A DNA stretch of 64,000 bases from Octopus vulgaris (taxonomy: Eukaryota): NCBI GenBank assembly GCA_951406725.2, contig OX597818.1, positions 1,984,001 to 2,048,000 on the forward strand, in the 5' to 3' direction. Position 1 is the first letter of the stretch, and each line of letters starts with the position of its first letter. The notes beneath the pieces were generated by a model. It did not search any database and was not told the DNA's origin. It was given only the letters and a program-made list of their open reading frames with translations. Shown here one piece after another: positions 52,201 to 63,678 of this stretch. The position numbers and the translations under genes were made by a program.

Positions 52201-52261
52201 AAAAAATGAAGTTTGAAAATGCTGCTATATTAGACAAATTTTAATTTTTATATATACATTA

Positions 52262-52303
52262 TTTAACATGTTTCGGTTCCTGAAATGACGAACCTTATCA
52301 AAA
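52262..52303 (-). ncRNA. minimal hammerhead with U3:A8 core variant
   Basis: Minus strand TTT-TTGATAA-GGTTC-(10 nt)-GAACC-GAAA-CATG-TT-AAA. Confidence 0.55.
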
Positions 52304-52684
52304 AAAATTATCATGCTATATGTTTAAAGAGTATGATGTAATAGTTCATAATTGTGACATATATTCAATAGAGTCAAATATAAAAAATTCATATATAATA
52401 TTCAATAGAGTCAAATATAAAAAATTCCTATATAATAAAGCGAGTCCATGCTATATGTTTAAAGAGTATGATGTAGTAGTTCATAATTGTGACATGCATT
52501 CAATAGAGTCAAATATAAAAAATTCATGTTCTTGAAAAAGCGAGGAATTCATTTTGGATTTTACCTTGTGTTCCTATGGGAGCAACTGTAATGATTTTTG
52601 GTTGGTGTCTGTTCGTATAGTTTTGGTGAATTTTGTGATTTTTGGGGTTTATATCAGCTCAGTTTAGCTGTCTCACTTGCACTT

Positions 52685-53225
52685 TTCACTGACGTCATAT
52701 AGTTCCAAACCAATCAAAACCCAGTCTCAACGAATGTATCCTGTTAGGAAACCAACCAAGCGGAACGACAGTTTGGCCACGGAAGAAATACGTCATCCTT
52801 TTTTTTGACGAATTGAAATTAGATCTGATCCATGACTGTATCCTGTTAGGTGGCTAGTCCAGCGGAACGAGACGTCATCAATGTTTTGACCAATCATCCC
52901 GTTAGGTGGCTAGTCCAGCAGAACGAGACGTCATCAATTTTGACCAATCATCCCGTTAGGTGGCTAGTCCAGTAGAACGAGACGTCATCAATGTTTTGAC
53001 CAATCAGAATCGAGTCTGACCTATAGCTGTATTAGATCTGACCCATGACTGTATCCTGTTAGGTGGCTAGGCCAGCGGAACGAGACGTCATCAATGTTTT
53101 GACCAATCAGGATCGGGTCTGACCCATAGCTGTATCGTGTGGGGAAACCGACCAAGCAGGTGACAATAGCTTGCCCACTGAGGTAATACGTCATCAGTTT
53201 CTTGACGAATCAGGATTAGATCTGC
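52685..53225. promoter_or_regulatory. tandem repeats rich in CRE-like (GACGTCA) and CCAAT motifs in the PLE 3'/pLTR region
   Basis: Four GAACGAGACGTCATCAAT..TGACCAATCA units plus a perfect TGACGTCA at ~52690; function inferred. Confidence 0.45.
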
Positions 53226-53457
53226 TCGTAGAGATCTTTTTATAAATTTTTCCTTCCCTAAGACATGTCTTTGTCAGTGTGAGTGACTGTTTAAGGATCT
53301 GAGAAATTGTAATTCGCCCCACTTCCATTATTATAATTCTCTCACTGTGGCCGTAGCAGCAGTGACCACGGTGGTTGTAGTAGTAGTGCAAGCCAGGGCA
53401 GTCGCAGCGGCCGTGGTAGAATTTCGCTTCTCCTTTTCGGAGGACCAATGTTTTGTT

Positions 53458-55752
53458 TTAATATTCCTGGCCCAGGGTATTCAAACTTGGTCTAAATTTT
53501 TTAATGAGATAAAGTTCTTTATTTTGGCGTTGCGTGAAGGTTACGCTGTCACTGAATTTATAAAGCAGGTAAGTTGTAAATATCGGATTTACATTTCCAG
53601 CACATCTATCTATGTGTCCGCTGACCGGTATTTTCCGGTATTCAGGGTTTCTAATTTGTGATTTATGTACCGCCATCCTGTTACGTAAGCTATTTTTTGT
53701 ATGGCCTATATACTGCCTATTGCAGCCTGCGCATGTTAAGACGTAAATTAAGTTTTCTGATGCGCAGGTGAAGTTAGCTCTAATGGTGAACTGATGGCCT
53801 TGTTCTAGTATAAATTCTGAACCTTCTATCAAGATGACACAGATTCCGCAGTTGAGCCTTCCACATTTTCTAACTGCTGGTTTTGTGGTTGATGTTGAGT
53901 GCAGTTTAGCTTGGGTTAAAATCCTTTTCAAGGATTTTGGTTGCCGTTTACCTTTAATGATGGTGTGTGTTTCGAGGATCCGGTTCATCTTTGGGTCTCC
54001 CTTTAGTAGGGCTGTGCTTTGTAGTATGGTGCTGAAGGCCTCATTGTTGAGTGGGTTGTGTGTAGAGATGTAGGGAAGGGTTTTTAATTGTTCTTTCTTT
54101 TTTGGTTTTGTTTGTCTCAGGTCTTCTATACTTAATTTGAGTGCCCTTTGGATTGCACTGTCTATTAGGGGCTGTGGATAGTTTCTATTTGTGAGTGTGG
54201 TTCTAAGTTCCTGGAGACGTGTGTGTCGGGTGTTTGTGTCTGATATTATGGTGCAAATCCTTCTAGCTAAACAAAAAGGGACATTTATTCTAGTGTGTCG
54301 TGGGTGGCATGAATCAAAGGGTAGGTACTGTTTGGAGTCTGTCAGTTTATAGTAGATATCTGTCTCTATTTTGTTGCCGGTTTTCTTAATGAGGATGTCT
54401 AAAAATGGTAATTCTTCTTCGTTATGATCCATCGTGAATTGTATATTATCATTTATTCCATTTAATAGTATTTTAAATTCCTCAAGTTTCTCTATACTTT
54501 TATCCCAGATGATGAAACAGTCATCGAGGTATCTTTTCCAGTTGTTCTGGATATAGGTGGAGAAGGTGTTTCCAAATTTCTCGAGTGTTATCTGGTAGAG
54601 TATTTTCTCGAGGTATCCCATCACTAGGTTGGCAAAAGATGGTGCAGTACGCGTGCCCATCGCTGTTCCCGATCTTTGTCTGTAGAAATTATTGTCAAAA
54701 ATAAAGTAATTGTTTTCTAAAATAAATCTAAGTCCTTCTATTATAAGGTCTTTGTTTATGCGAGTTGGGAGTTCAAAGGGGTAGTTATTCAGCCAGGTGA
54801 TCGCTTCTATTCCTAGGTTGTGAGGGATGTTAGAATAAAGATTAACTACGTCGAATGATACTAGAAGGGTTTTCTCATTGACTGTTTTAGGGAGGTGGTT
54901 GAGCATATCTATATCGTCTCTTACGTAGCTTTTGATGTGTTTTAGGAAAGGTTTAAGAAGTGTGTCTAAGAAATTGCTGAGGCGGTGAGTCTCACATGCT
55001 GGCCCTGCTATTATCGGCCTAAGTTTAAGATCATTTGGTGAAGGGATTTTGATGAGTATATCGGTAGATGTTTTGCATGTTTCTCTAATTATTTGGCTTT
55101 TGTGTACTTTAGGGATACCATAGAACAAACTCGATTTGCATTTGAAGTTAGTGATGTATTCATACTCCTTGTCCGTGAGTCCTTCTCGGTATGTGTTGAT
55201 TAATGTCCTAAGGTTAAACATTATTTTTTGCTGATTATACTGTTGGGCCCTTTCATAATACGTTTCATCTCTTAATAGGGATAGCACTAAATTTTTATAA
55301 TCGTTTGTATTCATTAATACTATCGCGTTGCCCTTGTCTGCCTCCTTAATTGTTATTGCTTTGTCTTCTCTTAGTTTGATGAGGTCGTTCCATTCTCTTT
55401 TGTTAAAGTTAGGGCTGTGTTTTTGTTTCTTGATGAATTGAAACGGGAAATTAGTTATGTAGCCACAATAGCGGTCTAAGGCTTTATTCTTTCCTTTGGT
55501 GGGGGTGTAATTGCTCTTGTTTCTAGCTATTGAATCCTCATCTATTTGTTTGCCTTGAAATTCCTCGGTAAGTCTTAGTTTCCTGCAAAATTCCGAAATA
55601 TCATCTTTCATTTCATAGTAATTAGAACGTTGTGGGGTTGGTGTAAATTTAAGTCCTTTGGAGAGTATGCTTATTTCGTTAGGTGTAAGTTCTTTGTTTG
55701 AGAGATTGATTATCTTAATTACCTGAGGTTTCTTTTGTTTGTCCTTTGCCAT
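53458..55752 (-). CDS. Penelope-like RT + GIY-YIG endonuclease polyprotein (764 aa, uninterrupted)
   Basis: LSKGLKF, ADKGNAIV, FYGIPKVHK, LRPII, SFDVVNLY, GTAMG, RYLDD, LPFLDI, SCHP, linker CGRLNCGIC, NLIYVLTC..QYIGHT..R..H. Confidence 0.92.
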   Translation of the reverse strand: MAKDKQKKPQVIKIINLSNKELTPNEISILSKGLKFTPTPQRSNYYEMKDDISEFCRKLRLTEEFQGKQIDEDSIARNKSNYTPTKGKNKALDRYCGYITNFPFQFIKKQKHSPNFNKREWNDLIKLREDKAITIKEADKGNAIVLMNTNDYKNLVLSLLRDETYYERAQQYNQQKIMFNLRTLINTYREGLTDKEYEYITNFKCKSSLFYGIPKVHKSQIIRETCKTSTDILIKIPSPNDLKLRPIIAGPACETHRLSNFLDTLLKPFLKHIKSYVRDDIDMLNHLPKTVNEKTLLVSFDVVNLYSNIPHNLGIEAITWLNNYPFELPTRINKDLIIEGLRFILENNYFIFDNNFYRQRSGTAMGTRTAPSFANLVMGYLEKILYQITLEKFGNTFSTYIQNNWKRYLDDCFIIWDKSIEKLEEFKILLNGINDNIQFTMDHNEEELPFLDILIKKTGNKIETDIYYKLTDSKQYLPFDSCHPRHTRINVPFCLARRICTIISDTNTRHTRLQELRTTLTNRNYPQPLIDSAIQRALKLSIEDLRQTKPKKKEQLKTLPYISTHNPLNNEAFSTILQSTALLKGDPKMNRILETHTIIKGKRQPKSLKRILTQAKLHSTSTTKPAVRKCGRLNCGICVILIEGSEFILEQGHQFTIRANFTCASENLIYVLTCAGCNRQYIGHTKNSLRNRMAVHKSQIRNPEYRKIPVSGHIDRCAGNVNPIFTTYLLYKFSDSVTFTQRQNKELYLIKKFRPSLNTLGQEY

Positions 55753-56074
55753 TGTGTGTCCCTGTTCCTGTGTGTAAGGTCTAAATAATGGTTGGTGTAG
55801 TTATGTTCAAAACTACTATTTATCTGTCTCATGTTGTTATAATTGTCAGAGTGAGTTTGTGGTGCTCTGTTCTGGAGTCTGTTGTTGAACCTAGTGTTAC
55901 GTCTTAGTTCCTCAGGTGTATTGTGTTGGTAGTTGTTTCCTCCGTAGTGCATTTGTTGTTTGTTAGGTTTGTATGGTTGGTTCTTAGGGTGGATGTTTGG
56001 TAGTAGAGTTTTAGTTTGGTTATGTGGATTGTATTTCCTAGTATTGTATGTTGTAGCGCTTTGGTTCGTGAAAT

Positions 56075-56332
56075 GGTGTGGTGGGCCCCTGTAAGTGTTT
56101 TGGGGTTGGTGTAGGTAGTGTGGGGTGCTTTTTAAATGTATTTTTCTGGTGTAGAGTGTGTTTGGATTTCTTGGTGGTTGTTCTGTTCTGTTGGAATATC
56201 TATTCTCGAACTGGTGTGGTGGGCCTCTGTAGGTGTTTTGGGGTTGGTGTAGGTAGTGTGGGATGTGTTTTAAGTGTATTTTTCTGGTGTAGAGTGTGTT
56301 AGGATTTCTTGGTGGTTGTTCCGTTCTGTTGG
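56075..56332. repeat. ~138-bp-period direct duplication upstream of the PLE ORF
   Basis: GTGTGGTGGGCC.CTGTA.GTGTTTTGGGGTTGGTGTAGG.. occurs twice. Confidence 0.8.
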
Positions 56333-56357
56333 TATTTGGTTTTGTTTTATATGTATG

Positions 56358-56393
<36 letters not shown>

Positions 56394-57155
56394 TGAATAT
56401 ATGTATATATATGCATGTGTATATTTTTATGCATTTGCAAACGCGTGTGTCTGTATGCATATATGTCTATATCTATGTACGACTCAAAAGATATTTCAAG
56501 TTATACAATATAGTTTTCTTATATATTTTTACTTCTAAAGGCAAATTCACTGCAATTCCCGTGGAAAAGTAATTCTTTTCTTTTTATGGAAAAACATTTC
56601 GAAACGCCAAACCCGCCAACTCTTCCCCACTACCCAAAAATGTATCTATATATGTTTAAAATGATAAAGCATTTGTGCATCTATTCATATATAAGTGCAC
56701 GTATTTATGTGTGCATGCCTCTGTGTGTGTGAATGACATCTAATAGTTTGGGGTTCTTTCGCTTGCACTTGAGATTATTGGCACGGGATACCTCGCTGGG
56801 ACCTGTCTCTGGATCCTGTCAGGAGAGTGAAAAGGATCCCAGAGGTGTTATGCAGGCCTTTATGGATCTAAAATTTTAGTTCGCATAATCACTGACGAGG
56901 GGACTTAAGGATGAGTAGGAGGATACTTTGGCGAGGATACAATGGCCACGAATCTGGGTAAAGCCGACCATGAATGCAATGGTAATTAGCACGGACATTG
57001 CAGGCAATGTGGACGATGGTCAGCGACCGCCTTCTTCGATCAGGAATGGACAGCCTTCATCATCATCATACATACCTACATACCTACATGCAAAAACACA
57101 TATGTCAATATGTACCCATATATATATCCATACATATACACATATATATATGCAT

Positions 57156-57240
<85 letters not shown>

Positions 57241-57407
57241 CATACATACATCCACGCATACACAGATATATACACATATATACAAACCAGTACAAACATC
57301 ACATACACAAAAGTGTACTGAAGTCTATACATAATATCTAATATACAAGAAAGATAACATAAAATAATACTTAAAACTACCACATGCATGCACACAAATA
57401 AACCTAC

Positions 57408-57438
<31 letters not shown>

Positions 57439-57448
<10 letters not shown>

Positions 57449-57905
57449 GAGGGCATTATACATACATGCCAAACGCTAAGAGGGACAATTAGTCATTTCT
57501 ACCAAAAATATTACTAATCCCACCGAATGCAATTTTTCAAAGTAAGACATTTAAAAAATATAGACCTGTATCACAGTGATTTCATACTTACGTACTCATC
57601 AGCAGGCCTGAATGTATTATAAATAAACAACGACCCTGCCCCGCTTAAGCCGATCAGCTAACTGATCAACATCAACGAAGCACATGGGTGAGTTTACATA
57701 TATTACATCCAGATAAATGGCAAACTTTTACGAATTGCATTTCGGGAGAGGAAAAGTTTTTTCGGAATAAAAATTTAGCAATTAAGGACAACTACTTAAT
57801 AAGGAAAACTTAACAAGAAATTGTCAGGTAGATAGCGTAAAAACCTCATAAGAGAAAAAATTTCGAAAATAATTATTTCTTATTGAACATATTAATTTAT
57901 ATATA
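57439..57905 (-). repeat. single inverted monomer of the hammerhead repeat
   Basis: Reverse complement of the array unit, lacking the internal TGGCATGTATGTATAATGCC duplication. Confidence 0.92.
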
Positions 57906-60900
57906 GGGTCGTTGTTTATTTATAATACATTCAGGCCTGCTGATGAGTACGTAAGTATGAAATCACTGTGATACAGGTCTATATTTTTTAAATGTCTTAC
58001 TTTGAAAAATTGCATTCGGTGGGATTAGTAATATTTTTGGTAGAAATGACTAATTGTCCCTCTTAGCGTTTGGCATGTATGTATAATGCCTTCTGGCATG
58101 TATGTATAATGCCCTCTATATATAAATTAATATGTTCAATAAGAAATAATTATTTTCGAAATTTTTTCTCTTATGAGGTTTTTACGCTATCTACCTGACA
58201 ATTTCTTGTTAAGTTTTCCTTATTAAGTAGTTGTCCTTAATTGCTAAATTTTTATTCCGAAAAAACTTTTCCTCTCCCGAAATGCAATTCGTAAAAGTTT
58301 GCCATTTATCCGGATGTAATATATGTAAACTCACCCATGTGCTTCGTTGATGTTGATCAGTTAGCTGATCGGCTTAAGCGGGGCAGGGTCGTTGTTTATT
58401 TATAATACATTCAGGCCTGCTGATGAGTACGTAAGTATGAAATCACTGTGATACAGGTCTATATTTTTTAAATGTCTTACTTTGAAAAATTGCATTCGGT
58501 GGGATTAGTAATATTTTTGGTAGAAATGACTAATTGTCCCTCTTAGCGTTTGGCATGTATGTATAATGCCTTCTGGCATGTATGTATAATGCCCTCTATA
58601 TATAAATTAATATGTTCAATAAGAAATAATTATTTTCGAAATTTTTTCTCTTATGAGGTTTTTACGCTATCTACCTGACAATTTCTTGTTAAGTTTTCCT
58701 TATTAAGTAGTTGTCCTTAATTGCTAAATTTTTATTCCGAAAAAACTTTTCCTCTCCCGAAATGCAATTCGTAAAAGTTTGCCATTTATCTGGATGTAAT
58801 ATATGTAAACTCACCCATGTGCTTCGTTGATGTTGAGCGGTTAGCTGATCGGCTTAAGCGGGGCAGGGTCGTTGTTTATTTATAATACATTCAGGCCTGC
58901 TGATGAGTACGTAAGTATGAAATCACTGTGATACAGGTCTATATTTTTTAAATGTCTTACTTTGAAAAATTGCATTCGGTGGGATTAGTAATATTTTTGG
59001 TAGAAATGACTAATTGTCCCTCTTAGCGTTTGGCATGTATGTATAATGCCTTCTGGCATGTATGTATAATGCCCTCTATATATAAATTAATATGTTCAAT
59101 AAGAAATAATTATTTTCGAAATTTTTTCTCTTATGAGGTTTTTACGCTATCTACCTGACAATTTCTTGTTAAGTTTTCCTTATTAAGTAGTTGTCCTTAA
59201 TTGCTAAATTTTTATTCCGAAAAAACTTTTCCTCTCCCGAAATGCAATTCGTAAAAGTTTGCCATTTATCTGGATGTAATATATGTAAACTCACCCATGT
59301 GCTTCGTTGATGTTGAGCGGTTAGCTGATCGGCTTAAGCGGGGCAGGGTCGTTGTTTATTTATAATACATTCAGGCCTGCTGATGAGTACGTAAGTATGA
59401 AATCACTGTGATACAGGTCTATATTTTTTAAATGTCTTACTTTGAAAAATTGCATTCGGTGGGATTAGTAATATTTTTGGTAGAAATGACTAATTGTCCC
59501 TCTTAGCGTTTGGCATGTATGTATAATGCCTTCTGGCATGTATGTATAATGCCCTCTATATATAAATTAATATGTTCAATAAGAAATAATTATTTTCGAA
59601 ATTTTTTCTCTTATGAGGTTTTTACGCTATCTACCTGACAATTTCTTGTTAAGTTTTCCTTATTAAGTAGTTGTCCTTAATTGCTAAATTTTTATTCCGA
59701 AAAAACTTTTCCTCTCCCGAAATGCAATTCGTAAAAGTTTGCCATTTATCCGGATGTAATATATGTAAACTCACCCATGTGCTTCGTTGATGTTGATCAG
59801 TTAGCTGATCGGCTTAAGCGGGGCAGGGTCGTTGTTTATTTATAATACATTCAGGCCTGCTGATGAGTACGTAAGTATGAAATCACTGTGATACAGGTCT
59901 ATATTTTTTAAATGTCTTACTTTGAAAAATTGCATTCGGTGGGATTAGTAATATTTTTGGTAGAAATGACTAATTGTCCCTCTTAGCGTTTGGCATGTAT
60001 GTATAATGCCTTCTGGCATGTATGTATAATGCCCTCTATATATAAATTAATATGTTCAATAAGAAATAATTATTTTCGAAATTTTTTCTCTTATGAGGTT
60101 TTTACGCTATCTACCTGACAATTTCTTGTTAAGTTTTCCTTATTAAGTAGTTGTCCTTAATTGCTAAATTTTTATTCCGAAAAAACTTTTCCTCTCCCGA
60201 AATGCAATTCGTAAAAGTTTGCCATTTATCTGGATGTAATATATGTAAACTCACCCATGTGCTTCGTTGATGTTGAGCGGTTAGCTGATCGGCTTAAGCG
60301 GGGCAGGGTCGTTGTTTATTTATAATACATTCAGGCCTGCTGATGAGTACGTAAGTATGAAATCACTGTGATACAGGTCTATATTTTTTAAATGTCTTAC
60401 TTTGAAAAATTGCATTCGGTGGGATTAGTAATATTTTTGGTAGAAATGACTAATTGTCCCTCTTAGCGTTTGGCATGTATGTATAATGCCTTCTGGCATG
60501 TATGTATAATGCCCTCTATATATAAATTAATATGTTCAATAAGAAATAATTATTTTCGAAATTTTTTCTCTTATGAGGTTTTTACGCTATCTACCTGACA
60601 ATTTCTTGTTAAGTTTTCCTTATTAAGTAGTTGTCCTTAATTGCTAAATTTTTATTCCGAAAAAACTTTTCCTCTCCCGAAATGCAATTCGTAAAAGTTT
60701 GCCATTTATCTGGATGTAATATATGTAAACTCACCCATGTGCTTCGTTGATGTTGAGCGGTTAGCTGATCGGCTTAAGCGGGGCAGGGTCGTTGTTTATT
60801 TATAATACATTCAGGCCTGCTGATGAGTACGTAAGTATGAAATCACTGTGATACAGGTCTATATTTTTTAAATGTCTTACTTTGAAAAATTGCATTCGGT

Positions 60901-61603
60901 GGGATTAGTAATATTTTTGGTAGAAATGACTAATTGTCCCTCTTAGCGTTTGGCATGTATGTATAATGCCTTCTGGCATGTATGTATAATGCCCTCTATA
61001 TATAAATTAATATGTTCAATAAGAAATAATTATTTTCGAAATTTTTTCTCTTATGAGGTTTTTACGCTATCTACCTGACAATTTCTTGTTAAGTTTTCCT
61101 TATTAAGTAGTTGTCCTTAATTGCTAAATTTTTATTCCGAAAAAACTTTTCCTCTCCCGAAATGCAATTCGTAAAAGTTTGCCATTTATCCGGATGTAAT
61201 ATATGTAAACTCACCCATGTGCTTCGTTGATGTTGAGCGGTTAGCTGATCGGCTTAAGCGGGGCAGGGTCGTTGTTTATTTATAATACATTCAGGCCTGC
61301 TGATGAGTACGTAAGTATGAAATCACTGTGATACAGGTCTATATTTTTTAAATGTCTTACTTTGAAAAATTGCATTCGGTGGGATTAGTAATATTTTTGG
61401 TAGAAATGACTAATTGTCCCTCTTAGCGTTTGGCATGTATGTATAATGCCTTCTGGCATGTATGTATAATGCCCTCTATATATAAATTAATATGTTCAAT
61501 AAGAAATAATTATTTTCGAAATTTTTTCTCTTATGAGGTTTTTACGCTATCTACCTGACAATTTCTTGTTAAGTTTTCCATATTAAGTAGTTGTCCTTAA
61601 TTG

Positions 61604-61606
<3 letters not shown>
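57906..61606 (+). repeat. 480-bp tandem array (~7.7 units), each with a type-I hammerhead ribozyme; retrozyme/pLTR-like
   Basis: Unit starts at 57906, 58386, 58866, 59346, 59826, 60306, 60786, 61266; full units differ at only three positions. Confidence 0.97.
57933..57980 (+). ncRNA. type-I hammerhead ribozyme (first of 8 on +, repeated every 480 bp; a ninth on the minus strand at ~57562-57609)
   Basis: AGGCCTG-CTGATGA-GTAC-GTAA-GTAT-GAAA-TCACTGTGA-TA-CAGGTCT: 7-bp stem I, GNRA-capped stem II, near-palindromic stem III, AUA triplet. Confidence 0.85.
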
Positions 61607-61654
<48 letters not shown>

Positions 61655-62939
61655 TCTACATATATACAAATCCAATAGTGACCTCAATATGTTTAGTACA
61701 GTGACTCATACTTTGTGCATAACATATACTAAAAAACAAAAGTAAATACATATCAATATACATAAATATAAAGATATATATACAAACAAGTATCAGTATA
61801 TAAAAAAATGTACAAATATGTACACACAAATAAACACTTATATTAAAATATATAATTATATAAACACATTCATATACAAATACATATATTATACACTTAT
61901 ACATACATATACAAAAAATGATATACCCATAACCCATTACGATGTTGTACTCCTAAATATTATAAATTAAAAAAGCTCATAATAACTATTTGCATCTATT
62001 TCAAAGGGTTTTTTGTACTAAAGGGTATTTTGTACTAAAAATAAAATATTTCCACTTTGCAAGGTTCGAGTCGAGTACTCCCTTGCACGCTCCGTTGACT
62101 CGAACTTTGCTTTTATTGTGGCGAATTTACCGCCTTTGGTTAGATACTTGATATCTTTCATAGTCGCACCAAGGCACATTTCGATGGTGCTTTCCTCCAG
62201 GTGTTCAAATCTTTTTTTTCTCTACATGGTATACTTTATAGACAATAGTCTTTTCTTTAATTTTATTTTTATTTCGTTTGGTGGTGTTATCCTAGATTCA
62301 CCGTCTTTGTCGGTGATCAATCCGAAATAAGTTTGTATTTCTTCCATTTTAATTTTAATGAGTTCACGCCCGCCGACGGCTACAGCGAAATTCATTTTTG
62401 GACTTTCTTCTATCGAAGGCATTTTAACAAAAGTGCTTCCGTATAAATGGTGAAAATATTGTCAATTTCCCCAAACAGTGACACAATTCAATTTTTAAAC
62501 AATAAGCAAAGCTCCTTCTCCCTAAGGGGGAGGGTTACGGTTAGAAGCGGCTGTTCGAGAAAACAGACATTACATACAGCCAAACTTCATATAGATACTT
62601 AATGCTAGCTAATTAGCAGATAATCTAATGTAAAAGCTGTGGTAAAGGGTATGTGCACAGCTCCATCTGGACTATTCCATTTCTGCGCATTAATTTTACT
62701 TTTAATTTATTCCCATTCATGTGAAACCACTTATTCAAGTTCAAATCATTGATGCAATTTTATACCAATTGCTATTTTTACTTTTGTTATGTTACGATTA
62801 TATTATACTTTAGTTTGATTTTAATTATTACTTACTACATATAATTCAATTGTTATTATTATCTCTAATTTTTATTGTTAAAGTGAAAGTATCTGACATA
62901 AAATAGAGAAATGTTTTTGTTTCACTTATAACACATAAT

Positions 62940-63150
62940 ACTGAAATAGTGGAGAAGATATGATATTGCTATGGGCTCGCCCTAGGCAAGAAGTTGAACA
63001 TTCTTTTTGCCCATGAAACTACATGGACCCTAAGTAAGGCATATGTAAAATTTGAATGAAATTGGTTGTGTAGTTCTCAAGTTTTAGGGATACACACAGA
63101 CAGACAGACAAACAGGCAGACACACATTCTCAGTTTTATATATAAAGAGA
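62940..63150 (-). mobile_element. Helitron-like 5' portion
   Basis: Minus strand A|TCTCTTTATATATAAAACTGAG..(TGTC)n resembles the 5' end at 16008; 3' end not identified. Confidence 0.55.
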
Positions 63151-63379
63151 TGTATTTGTATATGAATGTGTTTATATATTTATATATTTTGATATAAGTG
63201 TTTATTTGTGTGTACATATTTGTACATTTTTTATATACTGGTACTTGTTTGTAAATATATCTTTATATTTATGTATATTGATATGTATTTACTTTTGTTT
63301 TATAGTATATGTTATGCACAAAGTATGAGTCACTGTACTAAACATATTGAGGTCACTATTGGATTTGTGCATATGTGGA

Positions 63380-63446
<67 letters not shown>

Positions 63447-63678
63447 GTAGGTTTATTTGTGTGCATGCATGTGGTAGTTTTAAGTATTATTTTATGTTAT
63501 CTTTCTTGTATATTAGATATTATGTATAGACTTCAGTACACTTTTGTTTATGTGATGTTCGTACTTGTTTGTATGTATGTAGGTGTATATATGTGTATAT
63601 ATCTGTGTATGTATGTATGTATGTATGTATATATGTGTGTGTGTGTGTGTGCGTGGATATATATGTTTTTGCATGTAG
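63151..63678 (-). repeat. inverted paralog of the flanks of the hammerhead array (empty site)
   Basis: Reverse complement of 57084-57420 joined through (TA)n to 61640-61885. Confidence 0.9.

Larger units (their letters stand above)
52200..56345 (-). mobile_element. Penelope-like element, Neptune-type, flanked by (TA)n
   Basis: Intact RT+GIY-YIG ORF, long 3' region with repeats and a hammerhead variant. Confidence 0.85.

Noticed and set aside
57906-61606. Array considered as CRISPR, 5S rDNA or snRNA cluster
   Set aside because: No unique spacers or cas genes, and no recognisable 5S, tRNA or snRNA sequence; the hammerhead core explains it better
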